A stretch of 63,079 nt of DNA, counting the filler, from Stramenopiles sp. TOSAG23-3 (Eukaryota): the NCBI GenBank assembly GCA_900128585.1. It is 4 parts of 4 records of this genome, joined end to end, with 100 filler letters (N's around TTAATTAATTAA, not from the genome) between each part and the next. Parts side by side here need not be neighbours in the genome. Positions count along the whole stretch, not along the records: positions 40,905 to 60,997 come from LT642383.1; 3 more parts are not named here. One strand, 5' to 3'. Every line of letters starts with the position of its first letter. Position 1 is the stretch's first letter. The position numbers and the translations under genes are program-made. The notes under the pieces are model-generated. The model had not been told where the DNA came from, did not search any database, and saw only the letters and a list, made by a program, of their open reading frames with translations. Positions 40,905 to 52,304 of this stretch are shown here, piece after piece.

Positions 40905-43900
40905 TAGCAAATAGGGAGACGAAAAACCTTAGGAAAGCGTCTCGTATTGGCACATCAGTAAAGCCTAGCGATTCATCAAGCGACATTGTTCGCCTTCTCG
41001 AAATATGGCTCTTGTTTAACCTGGAGTTGGAAATCTTGTGCCCCCCTAATACAGCAAAATGTTCGGAGTCCAAGGACTCTCCTTTCTGAAGACAAAATTT
41101 GTTTTCTTCGATAGTCTTACTTTCATCGTAGAATAGGCAATCTACCAAGGCCATTTCTGCATCGTTTTTCTTTTGCACGTTTGAGCACTTTTTTAACCTG
41201 GTCAATAACTTCTTCTTTAAACCGTCTGGTAATCGAGGAAGCGTCGAATCGTTAGTGCAATACAAATCGTCACGGTCGAGATCAATAAAAACTACATCTT
41301 CGCAGCCACTAATTAAGTCTTGTTCATCGTGTAAGTCCGCACAAATTCCCATAAAGAACGGAACTGGGGAGTACAAAAAATCAAACGTTGAACGTGGTAG
41401 CACAGGTATGTAAATGGCTTGCCAGGAAAAGGGGAATAGTAACGCCCGAAGAGCTTCACCCGCTGGGGTGAGAAGCGACACATTTCTTGAGCACAAAACT
41501 ACCGATCGTTCGCACAAAAGCAAACCGATCACTGTAACAACATTTTCTAAAGACAGAAATTCAAATAGGGATTTCATTGATAAATCCAACAAGGGAAGCT
41601 CGTTTGGTTCCGGTCTAGAGATGAAAAATGTTTCATCTGCCAAAGTGTACTGGACCCGAGTGTCACCACGCGGCGGCAGGGGCACGTCAAACATAAAGTT
41701 AATTATATACCGTTCCAGAGGAATTGGCGACTCTGCCTTGTAAATTCTGAACAGAGTTGCCAAAAACCGTTTGTAAACATTGAAAAATCCCCAGTGCGAA
41801 ATAATACACAAGCATTTTGGGGTATATAGCACTGGGTTCTCGTCCATCGCTTGCAGATTTACCCAGTCAGGAAACTTCGGGGCGGAGCCTTTTGAGTTAT
41901 CTGAGCGAAACAGATTCAAAACTTCTATAGAGTCCATTTTATCATAGAAGGTGATGCAGGAGACATACAGCGCGGTGCCCGAGACATCTGTCAGAACAAA
42001 ATGGAAGTACGTTGGTGGCGGTGCACTTTCTAACAAACCAACACCGTTTGGAAAGCAAAAGTCTGGCAAAGACTGGTGAAAATTGCATATCCTCGGGTCT
42101 TTTTGGCAAATTGTCTAAACTTTTAAGTTTACCACGCCCTATTACCGTAAAGTAGTCTGCAAATCGAGACGTCCAAGGCAGCTCCTCCGCTTCCTGCGGG
42201 TCAATATCCGTAGCCGACATGCTTCGTGAATCGCGGCGTAACATTGGGGTAACAGGCGTGCCAGGTCGATTGTTCCACTCTACGATAGACCGTTTCCGGC
42301 GAAGGGAATCACGGCGCCGAGAAGAAATCAAACCCGCTTTTGGTACCACAGATGCGCCCGTTTTCTCCGTCGGCTGAAGTCTCTCAACTTCTTCTTCTAC
42401 CATAGCTATTGCCGCATTTGAGCCTTGCTTACTTTCAGTCAATGATTTCAACAAGTACAAGGCGCCATTTAAAATGCTAATCTTTTCTGGTGGCTGTTTT
42501 CCGGACAAATTATAAGCGTCCCGCGGCAAACCTTCAAATATTTCTTTCCCGAGCGCCTTTGGAAAATCATGCTCAATCGATCCTAACCGAAACAAGGCGA
42601 GGGCCCAATTATTCATAAAAGCAGCAGTGGGCCCCTTTGCCTGCAAGCGCTTGGATGATGACTTACAAAAGGAGACACATGACCCCCACATGAGATCGAA
42701 TAGCCTGCGCTGAATGTCCGAGACTCCGACCAACACACCTGTTTGCGGCTCCAATTCTTTCAATGCGTATAGCACGTCTGCCTCAAACGACATCGCGCAC
42801 GCATTGTCGTAAAGGTCAACATCACTAGCCTTGACCCCTGCTTTGTTGTTTGTCGATGGAGCCAGAGACTTCAAAAACAGCTCTCTCCCAAAACTTACGT
42901 CCATCAAGGACCGTGTCAAAGCTTTGATCGTTGCATCGTAAGTGCAGAAAAACGGCGGTGTCGGCAACATGTCAGTCATTCGGGGAGCCGAGTAACCGAT
43001 GCGAACGTTGGACAGTCTCCTCTTGGCTATTGAGATGAGCACGGTTCCCCATTGTTTGAGTACAGCGCGAGATGTTGCTCGGCTAACCTCTGGAATATTG
43101 ACACGGGTGTGAAACGACAAAGGCTCAACGTACCTTGTCTTGTCCAACTTTGCTGCTAAACAAGGGGCCTCCTCATCACTTAAGTTGTGCTCGAGCACCT
43201 TTATTGCATTCAAAAAACACTGATCACCCTCATTGAACAGACCTTCCACTTCTTCATTGTCTTCATCGAGCATATTTCCTGTGCGGAGCTTGTGCTCAAG
43301 ACGCAACGCTTTCGTGTAGGCCATACCTCCGAAGCGAGTCAGCAGCGCCGGCGATGCTGCGGTCGTTTCCATACTTTGCTTCAACACTTTAATTTTGTTC
43401 AAAGCATGCGCTTTGTCCGCTGAAGCTTGAACGCCTCTCGTCTCACCAACTGCAGAAAGTGTAAGTTGCGGTGCCACACGATCGTCCACCTTATTCGAAG
43501 GTAACAACGAGTGGGTTTGCCGCGGAAGGTTTTGATTTGAACTGCTCGAATTGACCAAGAGTGTCCTTCCTTCCGATTTTTTTGAGTATACAGTATTCTC
43601 CTCGTTATTTATACGGTTGAATATGTTGTGTATACGGCGTCGCCCCGAAATAGAGTGTTCTTTCTCCTCGCTGTTTGCAGCGTGAAAAAATTCCCGCTTC
43701 TGTTCGACTCGGCGCTGACTCGTCTTCGGGGCATAGAGCCCCATGCCCTGGTTGCTATCGTCTTGGTGTGTATCAGTCAGAGGGGTACTGCGATCAGAGC
43801 CTATGCGCTGCTGGCGCTCGTACATGTGCAAGTGATCTGCACTCCCCACTCCTCTAGTCTCAAAAAGAACAAGGCAGGAACGCACGAGGGTGTTTGCGCC

Positions 43901-45216
43901 CTCTGGTCGAATGTCGGCTCTCATTTTTGAAAAACACCACGCGGTATGTTGAAAAAAGCTTTTCAAAACGCGAGGCCCAATGTCATCGTATTCAGCTCCT
44001 TGCGAGGAAAGGTCCGGAATTTTATATATTCGGGGGAATGCAATGAGCGCAGCGTGCCCTATAGCAGTCAAGAAGCTGTCGTAGAAGAGTACATGCTTCG
44101 TTGTCCGGAGACTGGACACTTCGTGGCCCATGTTGTCCGCGCCCGAGGAGCACATGATGAATATTGTTGCCAGAACCTTCGGAACCCGTTAAGGGACATC
44201 GGTAGCGTCTTGAACGACCCCTGGTGGTGGGGTTCGTCTTGGCGTGCATAGTAAGCATATATTTTTTTCAACGGCGGGCGAATCTGCTGAAATATTTCCT
44301 GCACTTCGATATTTTCGACGTGCCCTTGCCGCGCAACCCAGTCGGGGTCCGTCGGCCCGAATGGGACCATGTTTGCGTTGGGCAACAGCTCGTTCAGCAG
44401 GAAATGGCCCAATGCCCTTTCGGGCGCAGCAACACTGGGGTAGAAATAGCGAGTGGCGAGATGGGCCAGGGCATCCAAAAACTGGTCGAAGGACATGTGC
44501 GCACTCGAGATCGGTTTATTTTGATCAAAAATAACTTCCATGATGTTCCGAGAAAAGCCGTGCTTGCGATACAGCCCACAGTCCGCCCCCAGCTTGGTAA
44601 ACGACCGAGACCGCATGCACAGTTCTTTCGGGTCGCCAGCCAGGCAGTAAAATGCAAAGATGCGCCACAACTCCGCCATATAGTCCTCGTGCAGCGCCTC
44701 ATTCGGGGCTTTCCTCGCCGTTTGTGTCAGGTACGAAAAAGACGCCTCGCGCTGCGAACGCCCGTCCGTTACGTCCAGTTGTTTGGGCGACCCACCGTGG
44801 TTCTGCTTGTATCGCAATACAACCCCCCGCATGGCATCTACTAGTTTTGAACGTAGGAGGTACAGCACGCGACCCGCGACGGGCCACTCTTTGCCTTCTT
44901 TGTTCACCAAAACAACGCTTTGCGATTTTATTGCACCGCGCGAAATGTTCCAGTGGCCCGTGGCTTCAAACAGCAGCTGTGCGAAAGTGTACTGATCGTT
45001 TGGAACGGAAAAGTGTTCACTCGGCAGCAGTTGGAGCATATCTTCGTTTGAAATGTCCACATTATTACTCATGTCGTAAAACACTTGAACGACCACTCCT
45101 GAATCACTGTCCAAACCGGAAGATTGCGGCAGCTGGCCGGGACCACGTTCCTCTTTCGTTTCCATATAATCTATACCGCCAGCACGTTGTTGCCCGGATT
45201 CCTGACCGTGGAGCAT
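40905..45216 (-). CDS. DENN-domain (Rab GEF-type) protein with N-terminal EF-hand-like helical repeats; two frame breaks (~44172, ~42072); 3'-truncated
   Basis: uDENN ADYFTVIG...FCFPNG...FHFVLTD. cDENN PKCLCIISHW, VPLPPRG, LLFPFSWQAIYIPVLP and SPVPFFMG. dDENN IRDAFLRFFVSLF. Three overlapping ORFs on one strand with no intergenic DNA between them. Confidence 0.8.
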
Positions 45217-45803
45217 GCTTCAAGTGCAATAGCAGCCAAGTTAACCAACAATATAAATATAAAAGAAGACCAAATCTATAAATTCCTAACAATTGCTTAG
45301 CAATGGTCTTGTAATAAGTGACCAAATTGATTTTTTGCTTTTTTCCAAATGTATATTACTTAACAAACTAAACTATCCATTTCATCATTTTTTTTGGTAC
45401 TCGTCAAGTATTTGTTTTTTTTATATTCTACTAATTAATAATTACGTAAATAATATAAGTTGAAAAATGAAGAAGAGAGAAGAAGAAGAGAGATAGAAGG
45501 AACGAAGAAGAGAATTAAAAAAAATAATATAATAATAACAACACAACAGGCAACACACAGTCATCATCAGCTCAGGAGGACTGATATTTGTAGCATAGCA
45601 GGCTCACATCAATCACTTCTTCATCAGGGAAGGAGAAGAAGAAGGATCTCAAGAAGAAAAAAATTCTATTATCGAGGAGTCGAGAAGGGCCCACAAGTTA
45701 CAACTACAATTACAATTTAGTACCGTTTGGACTTTAGGATAGGTATAACAAACCACGGATTGCAAGAGAATTATACACAAACGAATTTGTTTTGTGGTCG
45801 TCG

Positions 45804-46964
45804 ATGATTTATATGTGGGGCTTGCTGTGTTGCAGCGCTTTGTTTCTGGTCGCCGTCAGCGGCTTGGGGGATTCTGGCAGATTGTTTTCCCTATTTGTCT
45901 ACCACGAAAAGTCGTTGCAATCATCAGGTTACAAAAACTGGGACGCACTTGGGTGCGGTGTTTTCACAAACTCTCAAAAAAATGCAGAGTTTGTTTCATT
46001 TTTTCTTGATCAGGAAAACAGCGTCGGAGAGCTGGTCCTCGACATAGTCCCTCTGTATAAAAATTTTGACACTGGAATTGGGCTGTACGACAACATTGTA
46101 CGAAACGCTTCGAACGGCAACATCAAGCTAAGGTTGCTAGAGTCAAACCTTATTCCGGGCGACTCGTGCCACGACAATTGCCCAGGCACGTGCAGTGCCG
46201 CCCCAAAGTCGACGAACGATAGCTGCACACCTACGTATATGGATATGTTTCACTTTACTGCCGAAAAAATTATTCGGCGCTACCCGGACGTTTCTTTCGG
46301 GGTGAACTATGACATTGAGCAAACTGACGGTGGGGAGTACACCGAAGTGTTTTCTGCTTTGGTGTCCAAACGGAATGCATTTGTGCAGTCGATCGAGGAA
46401 AAAAATTTGAATTTTTCAGGAGTCGACGTGGTTCGCCCTGTTGTGAAAGGTTACAACGGGTTTCGACAATGGATATCCAACGTTTCTACGATCAACCACA
46501 TGCAGTATTTTACGCCCTTGCGCGATAGCTGGGACCGTCCCGACGGGCCAATTTTATCGACCGATCCAAGCGCTGGCAGCATAAAGGAGGAGATAGCTTA
46601 CTGCAGCAGCGCGGAGAGCTGCAAAGTCCAAGTCGGTTTTGAGACTAGTGCGGAGGATCCAGATTGCAAAACGTACAAGCGTTGCCAGACTTCGTTTGTG
46701 TGGGGCGGCGGTCTGGCGAATGGGACAGGCCTGGCAGACTGGGTATTGAACGATTTAGCCCCTTTCATGCTAAAGAATTCTATTGATATTCGAGGAAGTG
46801 GTTTTGCATCCCCTCCATTTTTCATCGAGCACCATGCAAGCTTTATGGCATACCAAAAAAATTCTAAAGCTGGCGACTTGCCAGCGACGGGGTGTTTCAG
46901 GGAAGAGGAGGGCTGTTCAACGTGCTGCCCGAACCAGAAGCACAAGAAAATGTGTTCAGATTGA
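45804..46964 (+). CDS. Secreted protein, possible glycoside-hydrolase-like TIM barrel
   Basis: Signal peptide MIYMWGLLCCSALFLVAVSG. GVNYDIE resembles the GH18-like DxE strand; also VQVGFET and a Cys-rich tail. The function call is weak. Confidence 0.55.
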   Translation: MIYMWGLLCCSALFLVAVSGLGDSGRLFSLFVYHEKSLQSSGYKNWDALGCGVFTNSQKNAEFVSFFLDQENSVGELVLDIVPLYKNFDTGIGLYDNIVRNASNGNIKLRLLESNLIPGDSCHDNCPGTCSAAPKSTNDSCTPTYMDMFHFTAEKIIRRYPDVSFGVNYDIEQTDGGEYTEVFSALVSKRNAFVQSIEEKNLNFSGVDVVRPVVKGYNGFRQWISNVSTINHMQYFTPLRDSWDRPDGPILSTDPSAGSIKEEIAYCSSAESCKVQVGFETSAEDPDCKTYKRCQTSFVWGGGLANGTGLADWVLNDLAPFMLKNSIDIRGSGFASPPFFIEHHASFMAYQKNSKAGDLPATGCFREEEGCSTCCPNQKHKKMCSD

Positions 46965-47006
46965 AGGGAGAGGGACAAAAACATTTTTTGTATTAAAAAT
47001 TTCTTT

Positions 47007-47344
47007 AAACATGAAAAATTGGCTGTTGTTTAAGTCGAACTGATCTCTGCTGTTGTGAAAACTGGCTCTGTTATTTGAGTCAATTAAAAAATTAAAAATG
47101 TATACTGCGAACTGATCTGTACTGTTGTGATTTTATTAATCAATATATCCTTGTCACTTAGTCTTGACTAATCATTTTCATGTGTGTACTCCATTTGCAT
47201 GATCCGAATCAGTGTGCGGAATTGCGTCGATGTCAAAAGAGACCCATAATCAACTTCCATTAATTTAACTCTTGACGAATTTAACAATTAAAGTTTACGA
47301 TTCGGGCAATTAAAAACAAAAAATTGGCTGTGTTATTTAAGTAT
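47007..47344. repeat. Intergenic repeat mosaic: TTGGCTGTT elements (47007-47035, 47312-47344) around a ~130-bp dispersed relic (47127-47258)
   Basis: Relic aligns by eye with 61905-62028, sharing TTGTCACTTAGTCT.GACTA, TGTACTCCA, TGCATGATCCGAATC and TGTCAAA. Confidence 0.8.
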
Positions 47345-47380
47345 GTTCAAAATTAAAATTTTTTTACAAACGTTTTGTTT

Positions 47381-47992
47381 TCACAAGTAGGATTTCTGCT
47401 TCACAGTAAAAGTCATTTTGAAGCGATCTTCGAATAAAAACTTTTCATTAGTGGGTCCAAAGTTATACACTTTATTTTTCTGCTCATACTTTTGTTTCAG
47501 GTTCTCCATCTCCTTCTCACCTGCTGTCGGCAATTCGTCCAACTCCTCGGCCGTCATCGTCAACTTTTCTAACTTCTTTTTTTCCGGAACAGTCGTAGCT
47601 CCATCTTTGGTTTCTACCTGCCCCAGAATACTGTAAGTGTGGTTTATGGACGCCGGTAGCGCGATAACCTTGTATGTTTTCTTCATTGCCTTTTCTCCTT
47701 TCTCCCAGCAAAGGACATTTGGCGTTTTATAAAAATCAAATTCTCTGTCAGTCGCAAGAGAATTGTTACTCTTATGTATCACTTTGACGTACAAACACAC
47801 TGTATCGGCAAGTATCCCGTTCGGGTCGATTTTCAGTTCCGGGATATAATCTACAGCTACGGTATCTCCAACCTCTACTTGGTCACTGTAGTTTTCCGGA
47901 ACTTCAACATCTTGTTGATTTCCAGCCTTCGCCACGACCTGGACAGATAGTAAGGCCAATACGAACAGAAAGCCATTGGATGGTGCCATCAT
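47381..47992 (-). CDS. Hypothetical secreted protein, 203 aa
   Basis: Signal peptide MMAPSNGFLFVLALLSVQVVAKA; clean ORF between AT-rich flanks. Confidence 0.7.
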   Translation of the reverse strand: MMAPSNGFLFVLALLSVQVVAKAGNQQDVEVPENYSDQVEVGDTVAVDYIPELKIDPNGILADTVCLYVKVIHKSNNSLATDREFDFYKTPNVLCWEKGEKAMKKTYKVIALPASINHTYSILGQVETKDGATTVPEKKKLEKLTMTAEELDELPTAGEKEMENLKQKYEQKNKVYNFGPTNEKFLFEDRFKMTFTVKQKSYL

Positions 47993-48740
47993 TGTTTTTA
48001 GTCCCGGACAAAATAGCTAATATTTGATGATCCCTATATTACCGATCCAATTCTTCAAAATATGCAATTCATTCAAGTTTATAATTCATAATGGGGTGTG
48101 ATTCTAATGAATGTTTATAAAATATTTAATAAAGGACAAATGAAATAATAGTTGATAAAAAAAATCAATCCGTTTTATTATATATTCTACTAACCACCAA
48201 GGTAATAACGAACTCTCTAAAATAATTTTATATTTTAATATAAAACTATGTATTATTCGTATATTATTAGTAGAAGAGGCGTAAAATAGACGACTCTATT
48301 ATATAATAAAAAGAGAAAGAAGAAGAGAATAGAGGAGACGACGAAGGAAGAACGAAGAAACAAGGAGCGGAGAGCGGAGGAGGAGAAGAATATTACAATA
48401 TTTTATAATAATATATAATTATTATGGATTTAATAAAAAAAATAATAATAATACGACGGCGGCGGAGGCAGGACAAATAATTTACGTATTATTATCTTCT
48501 TATATAATTTGGTATATAGCTTAGACTATTATGATGAATTTTTGGGTGTAGAGTAGAGGTAGTTCATTGCGCATATATATTAAATAAGAGATATAATAAA
48601 TACAACCTCAAAGAAAAAACATACAAAATTAGAAGAGGATTTCTACACCATTGTACCGTTTCTGCTGCACAAGTTAAGCCAAAAAGGTTGATCTTTTGTG
48701 TTTGGATTTTCTGCGTCCACCCCAGACCATAGGATATACA

Positions 48741-50231
48741 ATGGAGTACGAATTTACGTTCCACGATAGTTTTCTTGGGATACAAGTGGGGAGCGACGAG
48801 GTGGAGGCAGAGGAGTTGACAGGGAAATCTTCTGACAAACAGGGAAATGTCGCAAGGCGAGGTATACTTGTAACAAACCTTTTTCCTCGCCCAGACGGGG
48901 AGCACAGTGCAGCCCAGCTGTCGGGAATAATTTCTGCAGGGGACCGTATTACAGCTGTGAATGGCCAGTCTGTACGCGGTTTACCGTTCGAAGAGGCGAA
49001 AAGAGTACTGGAAGGTATGACAACTCGCCCTTGCGTTATTTCTTTCCAAAGTTCGGCTTCGTCCCCAAATAGAAAAATTGGGCGGGAAAAGTTCAAGTCG
49101 CGCTTTCGAAGTAGGAGAAAAACTTCGATATTGAGGGAGATAAACAGCCTTAGCGAAATTTTACAGTCTGAAAAGAGTAAGTCTTTCAACGACGCGAGGG
49201 GACGACTGACCTCTTTGGAGACTCAGATCACCGCAATAAAGAAGACCATACAGATAGTCAAAGAAGACACCGCCAGTAGCGAGGACGAGTCGCTGAAAAT
49301 GAAAGAAAGTGCTGCCATGGCATTAGAGCAACTGGGTAAGCAGATAAAGCCCCTCCAGTCTCAGAAGAAGCTTTTGGTGAAAGAGATTCATTCTCAAAGA
49401 CGGGCATTGCAGGAACGAAAACGGGGTGCGGACTTGTACCGGCACGCCATCGTTGGAATAGAGGCAGACATCAGCAAATCGCGCGCCGTAAAAGTATCGA
49501 ATAAGGGCAGAGAAGGGGACAGGCAGAGGGCGCTGCAGACGTCATTGTTGAACATCATGCAGCGCAGAGACGAGCTAAAGGAGATCGCGCAGCTGTCCCA
49601 TCAAATTTTCAAGGAACACGCAGCGGCGATGCAATATATCGACGCGCTGGAAACGTCTTTTTCTAGCTTTCGCTCGGACGGTACTCCAACATCTGACAAT
49701 AGAAGGTCTTCTACCTCTTCCAACCAAAGCGACTCTTCCCCCTCCAGGTTCTCTCGATTGTTTTCAAGGAGAAGGAAATCGGCAGAAAATGACAAGAACC
49801 GTCCATTCAAAGACAACGAGGTAGAAACGATTATAGAAACTATCTGCAATAAGTTGCAAGGGTGCCCAGATCTGGCGCGATACATAGACCGCGCGCGTGG
49901 AATAGTGAACAGCGCCAAGTCAACAATATTCCCAGCCCACCGTATTCTGTCGGCAATGAAACAAAGAAACGAGGTACCAGAAGATTTTGACGTGGCGGTC
50001 ACTTTGCTTAATTACTCTGTACAGTTGCTAGAAGAGAATGCAAACTTGTTTCTCCACTTCTGTGCTCAAAAGATGGCCGGGGTGAGGGTGAAAGAGTTCA
50101 TTCAGTTAACTTCGGGCAGGCTAGAAAATCTTGCAGAAGGGCCTTACTCAAGTCGCCTCAATATGGTGTCCAAAGCCTCCATTAAGAAAAATTTCAAACA
50201 TTTGTCCAGCAGTGCTCGCGATTTCTTTTGA
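48741..50231 (+). CDS. PDZ-domain coiled-coil protein
   Basis: ATG 48741. FLGIQV...SAAQLSGIISAGDRITAVNGQSVRGLPFEEAKRVL is a PDZ signature, followed by coiled coils. Confidence 0.82.
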   Translation: MEYEFTFHDSFLGIQVGSDEVEAEELTGKSSDKQGNVARRGILVTNLFPRPDGEHSAAQLSGIISAGDRITAVNGQSVRGLPFEEAKRVLEGMTTRPCVISFQSSASSPNRKIGREKFKSRFRSRRKTSILREINSLSEILQSEKSKSFNDARGRLTSLETQITAIKKTIQIVKEDTASSEDESLKMKESAAMALEQLGKQIKPLQSQKKLLVKEIHSQRRALQERKRGADLYRHAIVGIEADISKSRAVKVSNKGREGDRQRALQTSLLNIMQRRDELKEIAQLSHQIFKEHAAAMQYIDALETSFSSFRSDGTPTSDNRRSSTSSNQSDSSPSRFSRLFSRRRKSAENDKNRPFKDNEVETIIETICNKLQGCPDLARYIDRARGIVNSAKSTIFPAHRILSAMKQRNEVPEDFDVAVTLLNYSVQLLEENANLFLHFCAQKMAGVRVKEFIQLTSGRLENLAEGPYSSRLNMVSKASIKKNFKHLSSSARDFF

Positions 50232-50380
50232 GACCGTGAAGCAGCAGCATGGCGTGTTTTCAAACATCTGGTCTTGAACTTTCATTCAGATGACATATTG
50301 TGTAGGTTACGAAAATTAAAGTCACACCATTTTACAACAAAATGCATTAAGATATATCATATTCAGTAACATTTTAATGA

Positions 50381-50490
50381 AAAACAAAAAATTGCCTGTT
50401 GTTAATTTAAAGTAATTTTAAACAAGAAAATTGGCTGTTATTTAAGTAATTATAAATTTAGCTTCGTCGTACCCTAATCCTAACTTGGTT
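50381..50490. repeat. Dispersed intergenic element (double copy plus TAATCCTAACTTGGT)
   Basis: AAACAAGAAAATTGGCTGTTATTTAAGTAATTATAAATTTAGCTTCGTC at about 50420-50468 is near-identical to the reverse complement of 57990-58036. Confidence 0.85.
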
Positions 50491-50577
50491 CTGTAATTTC
50501 ATCTCATTGATGATTGAAATAATTTTTTAATTAATCAAAATATTTTGCCAGTAAAGTAAATGTGAGATTTAAAACTC

Positions 50578-51735
50578 TTATATCTTACTTACATTCGGCC
50601 GGACACTTGGGGCGTCAAACTCGAACTGAAGTGTGGTGGCTTGCCTAAGCTTCTTGCCCAACACTACTTCGCTGGGACCTGTATCTTGAGATCCACCAGA
50701 CCCCCCGCTTGCTCCGATCACAGGAACAGGAACGGTGATGGAGTATTTTTCACTGCTATGAGTAAAGTCCCATCTCATTATTTTGTTCTTCTTCCCAGGA
50801 TCTACTTTCATTGCATATTTTGACATGTCCGTGGCCAGGGCCAAGTTCACCAGCGGTTTTCGCGACGTAGAAGACGTTTCCAAAGACAGTCCTTCACAAG
50901 ATAACTTTTGTTTAAACGATTGTGCTATTGGGTGGGCATCTCGCGGCAAATGGTTCAACCATATATTGACAAGCAAAGACACACGTTTCTTATTAGTGTT
51001 AGAAGCTTCCTTTGATGCGCCATTTTTCAAGTGTATCATTTCTGGAACGGCCGCATGCAAAAATCTCCCGTCAAAAACAATATGCTTGCCATGCTCTGGC
51101 CAGCTTAAAAGAGCTTTGTCCCCGCATGGGCCCGAAACGTCTTCGTGGTACATTGGGGGCGCCACTTTTTGCAAAATTAGCGTCGGCGCTGCTTCTACCT
51201 CCCCCAAGTAAGTGACCGTGGCAAGGTGAGGAAAAATGCTGACACCGTGTTCTTCCATTCCATAATCTTTGTCCCAGTGAAATCCAACCCCACCGTCCTC
51301 TGCATCCACCACCAACGACCACCACTCCGCACCACTGCGTTTAGGGTCATAGGTCATATTTTCTGTATGACAACGAAAAATATCCAATACCAACCTCTCT
51401 ATGTTCGTGGTTGGCAGAGAGTTTGCTGGCACAAAGAAGGTTTCGCCATCACTATAGTCAGCACTTTCGTTCACTTCTCTGGCGGTGAAAGATACTTTGC
51501 AATCTTCGATCAAGGCTGATATGCTTGTTTTACTCCACTGTGATTCTGATTGAAAGATGCTATTGTAGCACTGAAAATTGTAATTAATTTCACCATATGC
51601 TCCGGCTATCCTACCATGTTGGTCCAAAGCCAACGCTGGCGCCTCTTCGGAAGACTCCGAAGAAGATGTGTCGCTCCCCGAAGAAGAACCCGAAAGGTTC
51701 GTTTTATTCACTTCCTCTTCTCGCCTACGTTTCAT
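50578..51735 (-). CDS. 2OG-Fe(II) oxygenase-like protein
   Basis: HxD in GVGFHWDKD, distal His in FDGRFLHAA, and RVSLLVNIW; GAEWW upstream. Confidence 0.7.
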   Translation of the reverse strand: MKRRREEEVNKTNLSGSSSGSDTSSSESSEEAPALALDQHGRIAGAYGEINYNFQCYNSIFQSESQWSKTSISALIEDCKVSFTAREVNESADYSDGETFFVPANSLPTTNIERLVLDIFRCHTENMTYDPKRSGAEWWSLVVDAEDGGVGFHWDKDYGMEEHGVSIFPHLATVTYLGEVEAAPTLILQKVAPPMYHEDVSGPCGDKALLSWPEHGKHIVFDGRFLHAAVPEMIHLKNGASKEASNTNKKRVSLLVNIWLNHLPRDAHPIAQSFKQKLSCEGLSLETSSTSRKPLVNLALATDMSKYAMKVDPGKKNKIMRWDFTHSSEKYSITVPVPVIGASGGSGGSQDTGPSEVVLGKKLRQATTLQFEFDAPSVRPNVSKI

Positions 51736-52304
51736 CTTTACGATTTTGCAGCATACGAATGCATAAAGATAAACTTATAAAATGTTAATTCCTCTCAAGA
51801 ACATTTTCTTCTCACTATATTTCTCGAGTTGATTCCATAGACTATGGTTTATCTCTCAGTCGTCACTAACGGAGGTATGAGGTACGACGGACTGAGTGGT
51901 GGAGTCGTCGAGAAACGAGAAACTCAGCAGAAGCGAAAAGGGGGTGTTATGGCTAGGGTTATTTTAAATTAAAATCGTCTCCTTTTGTGTTTGGCATTGC
52001 AGTTGGTCTGCAGACGTGTTGTGTTTTCTTTTAATACAGTAGTCGTCAGTTCTAATAATATTTTACAGGTAAATACTACTTGGTGGGCCAACAGTAATTG
52101 TATCCAAAAAAAACCACCACCATCCCGTCACGGGGTATTAATACAACGGAGGAGTTGAATAAGAATGTTATTGTCACTGTTCTGCACGATAAGATACAAA
52201 GGATATAACAACTTCCCCCAAGGCCACTGAAAATTCACAACCAATAATTACTTTGAAAACACCACAAATAGTTGCAGTGGAAGCAAAGGTGACACCGCCT
52301 TAAC

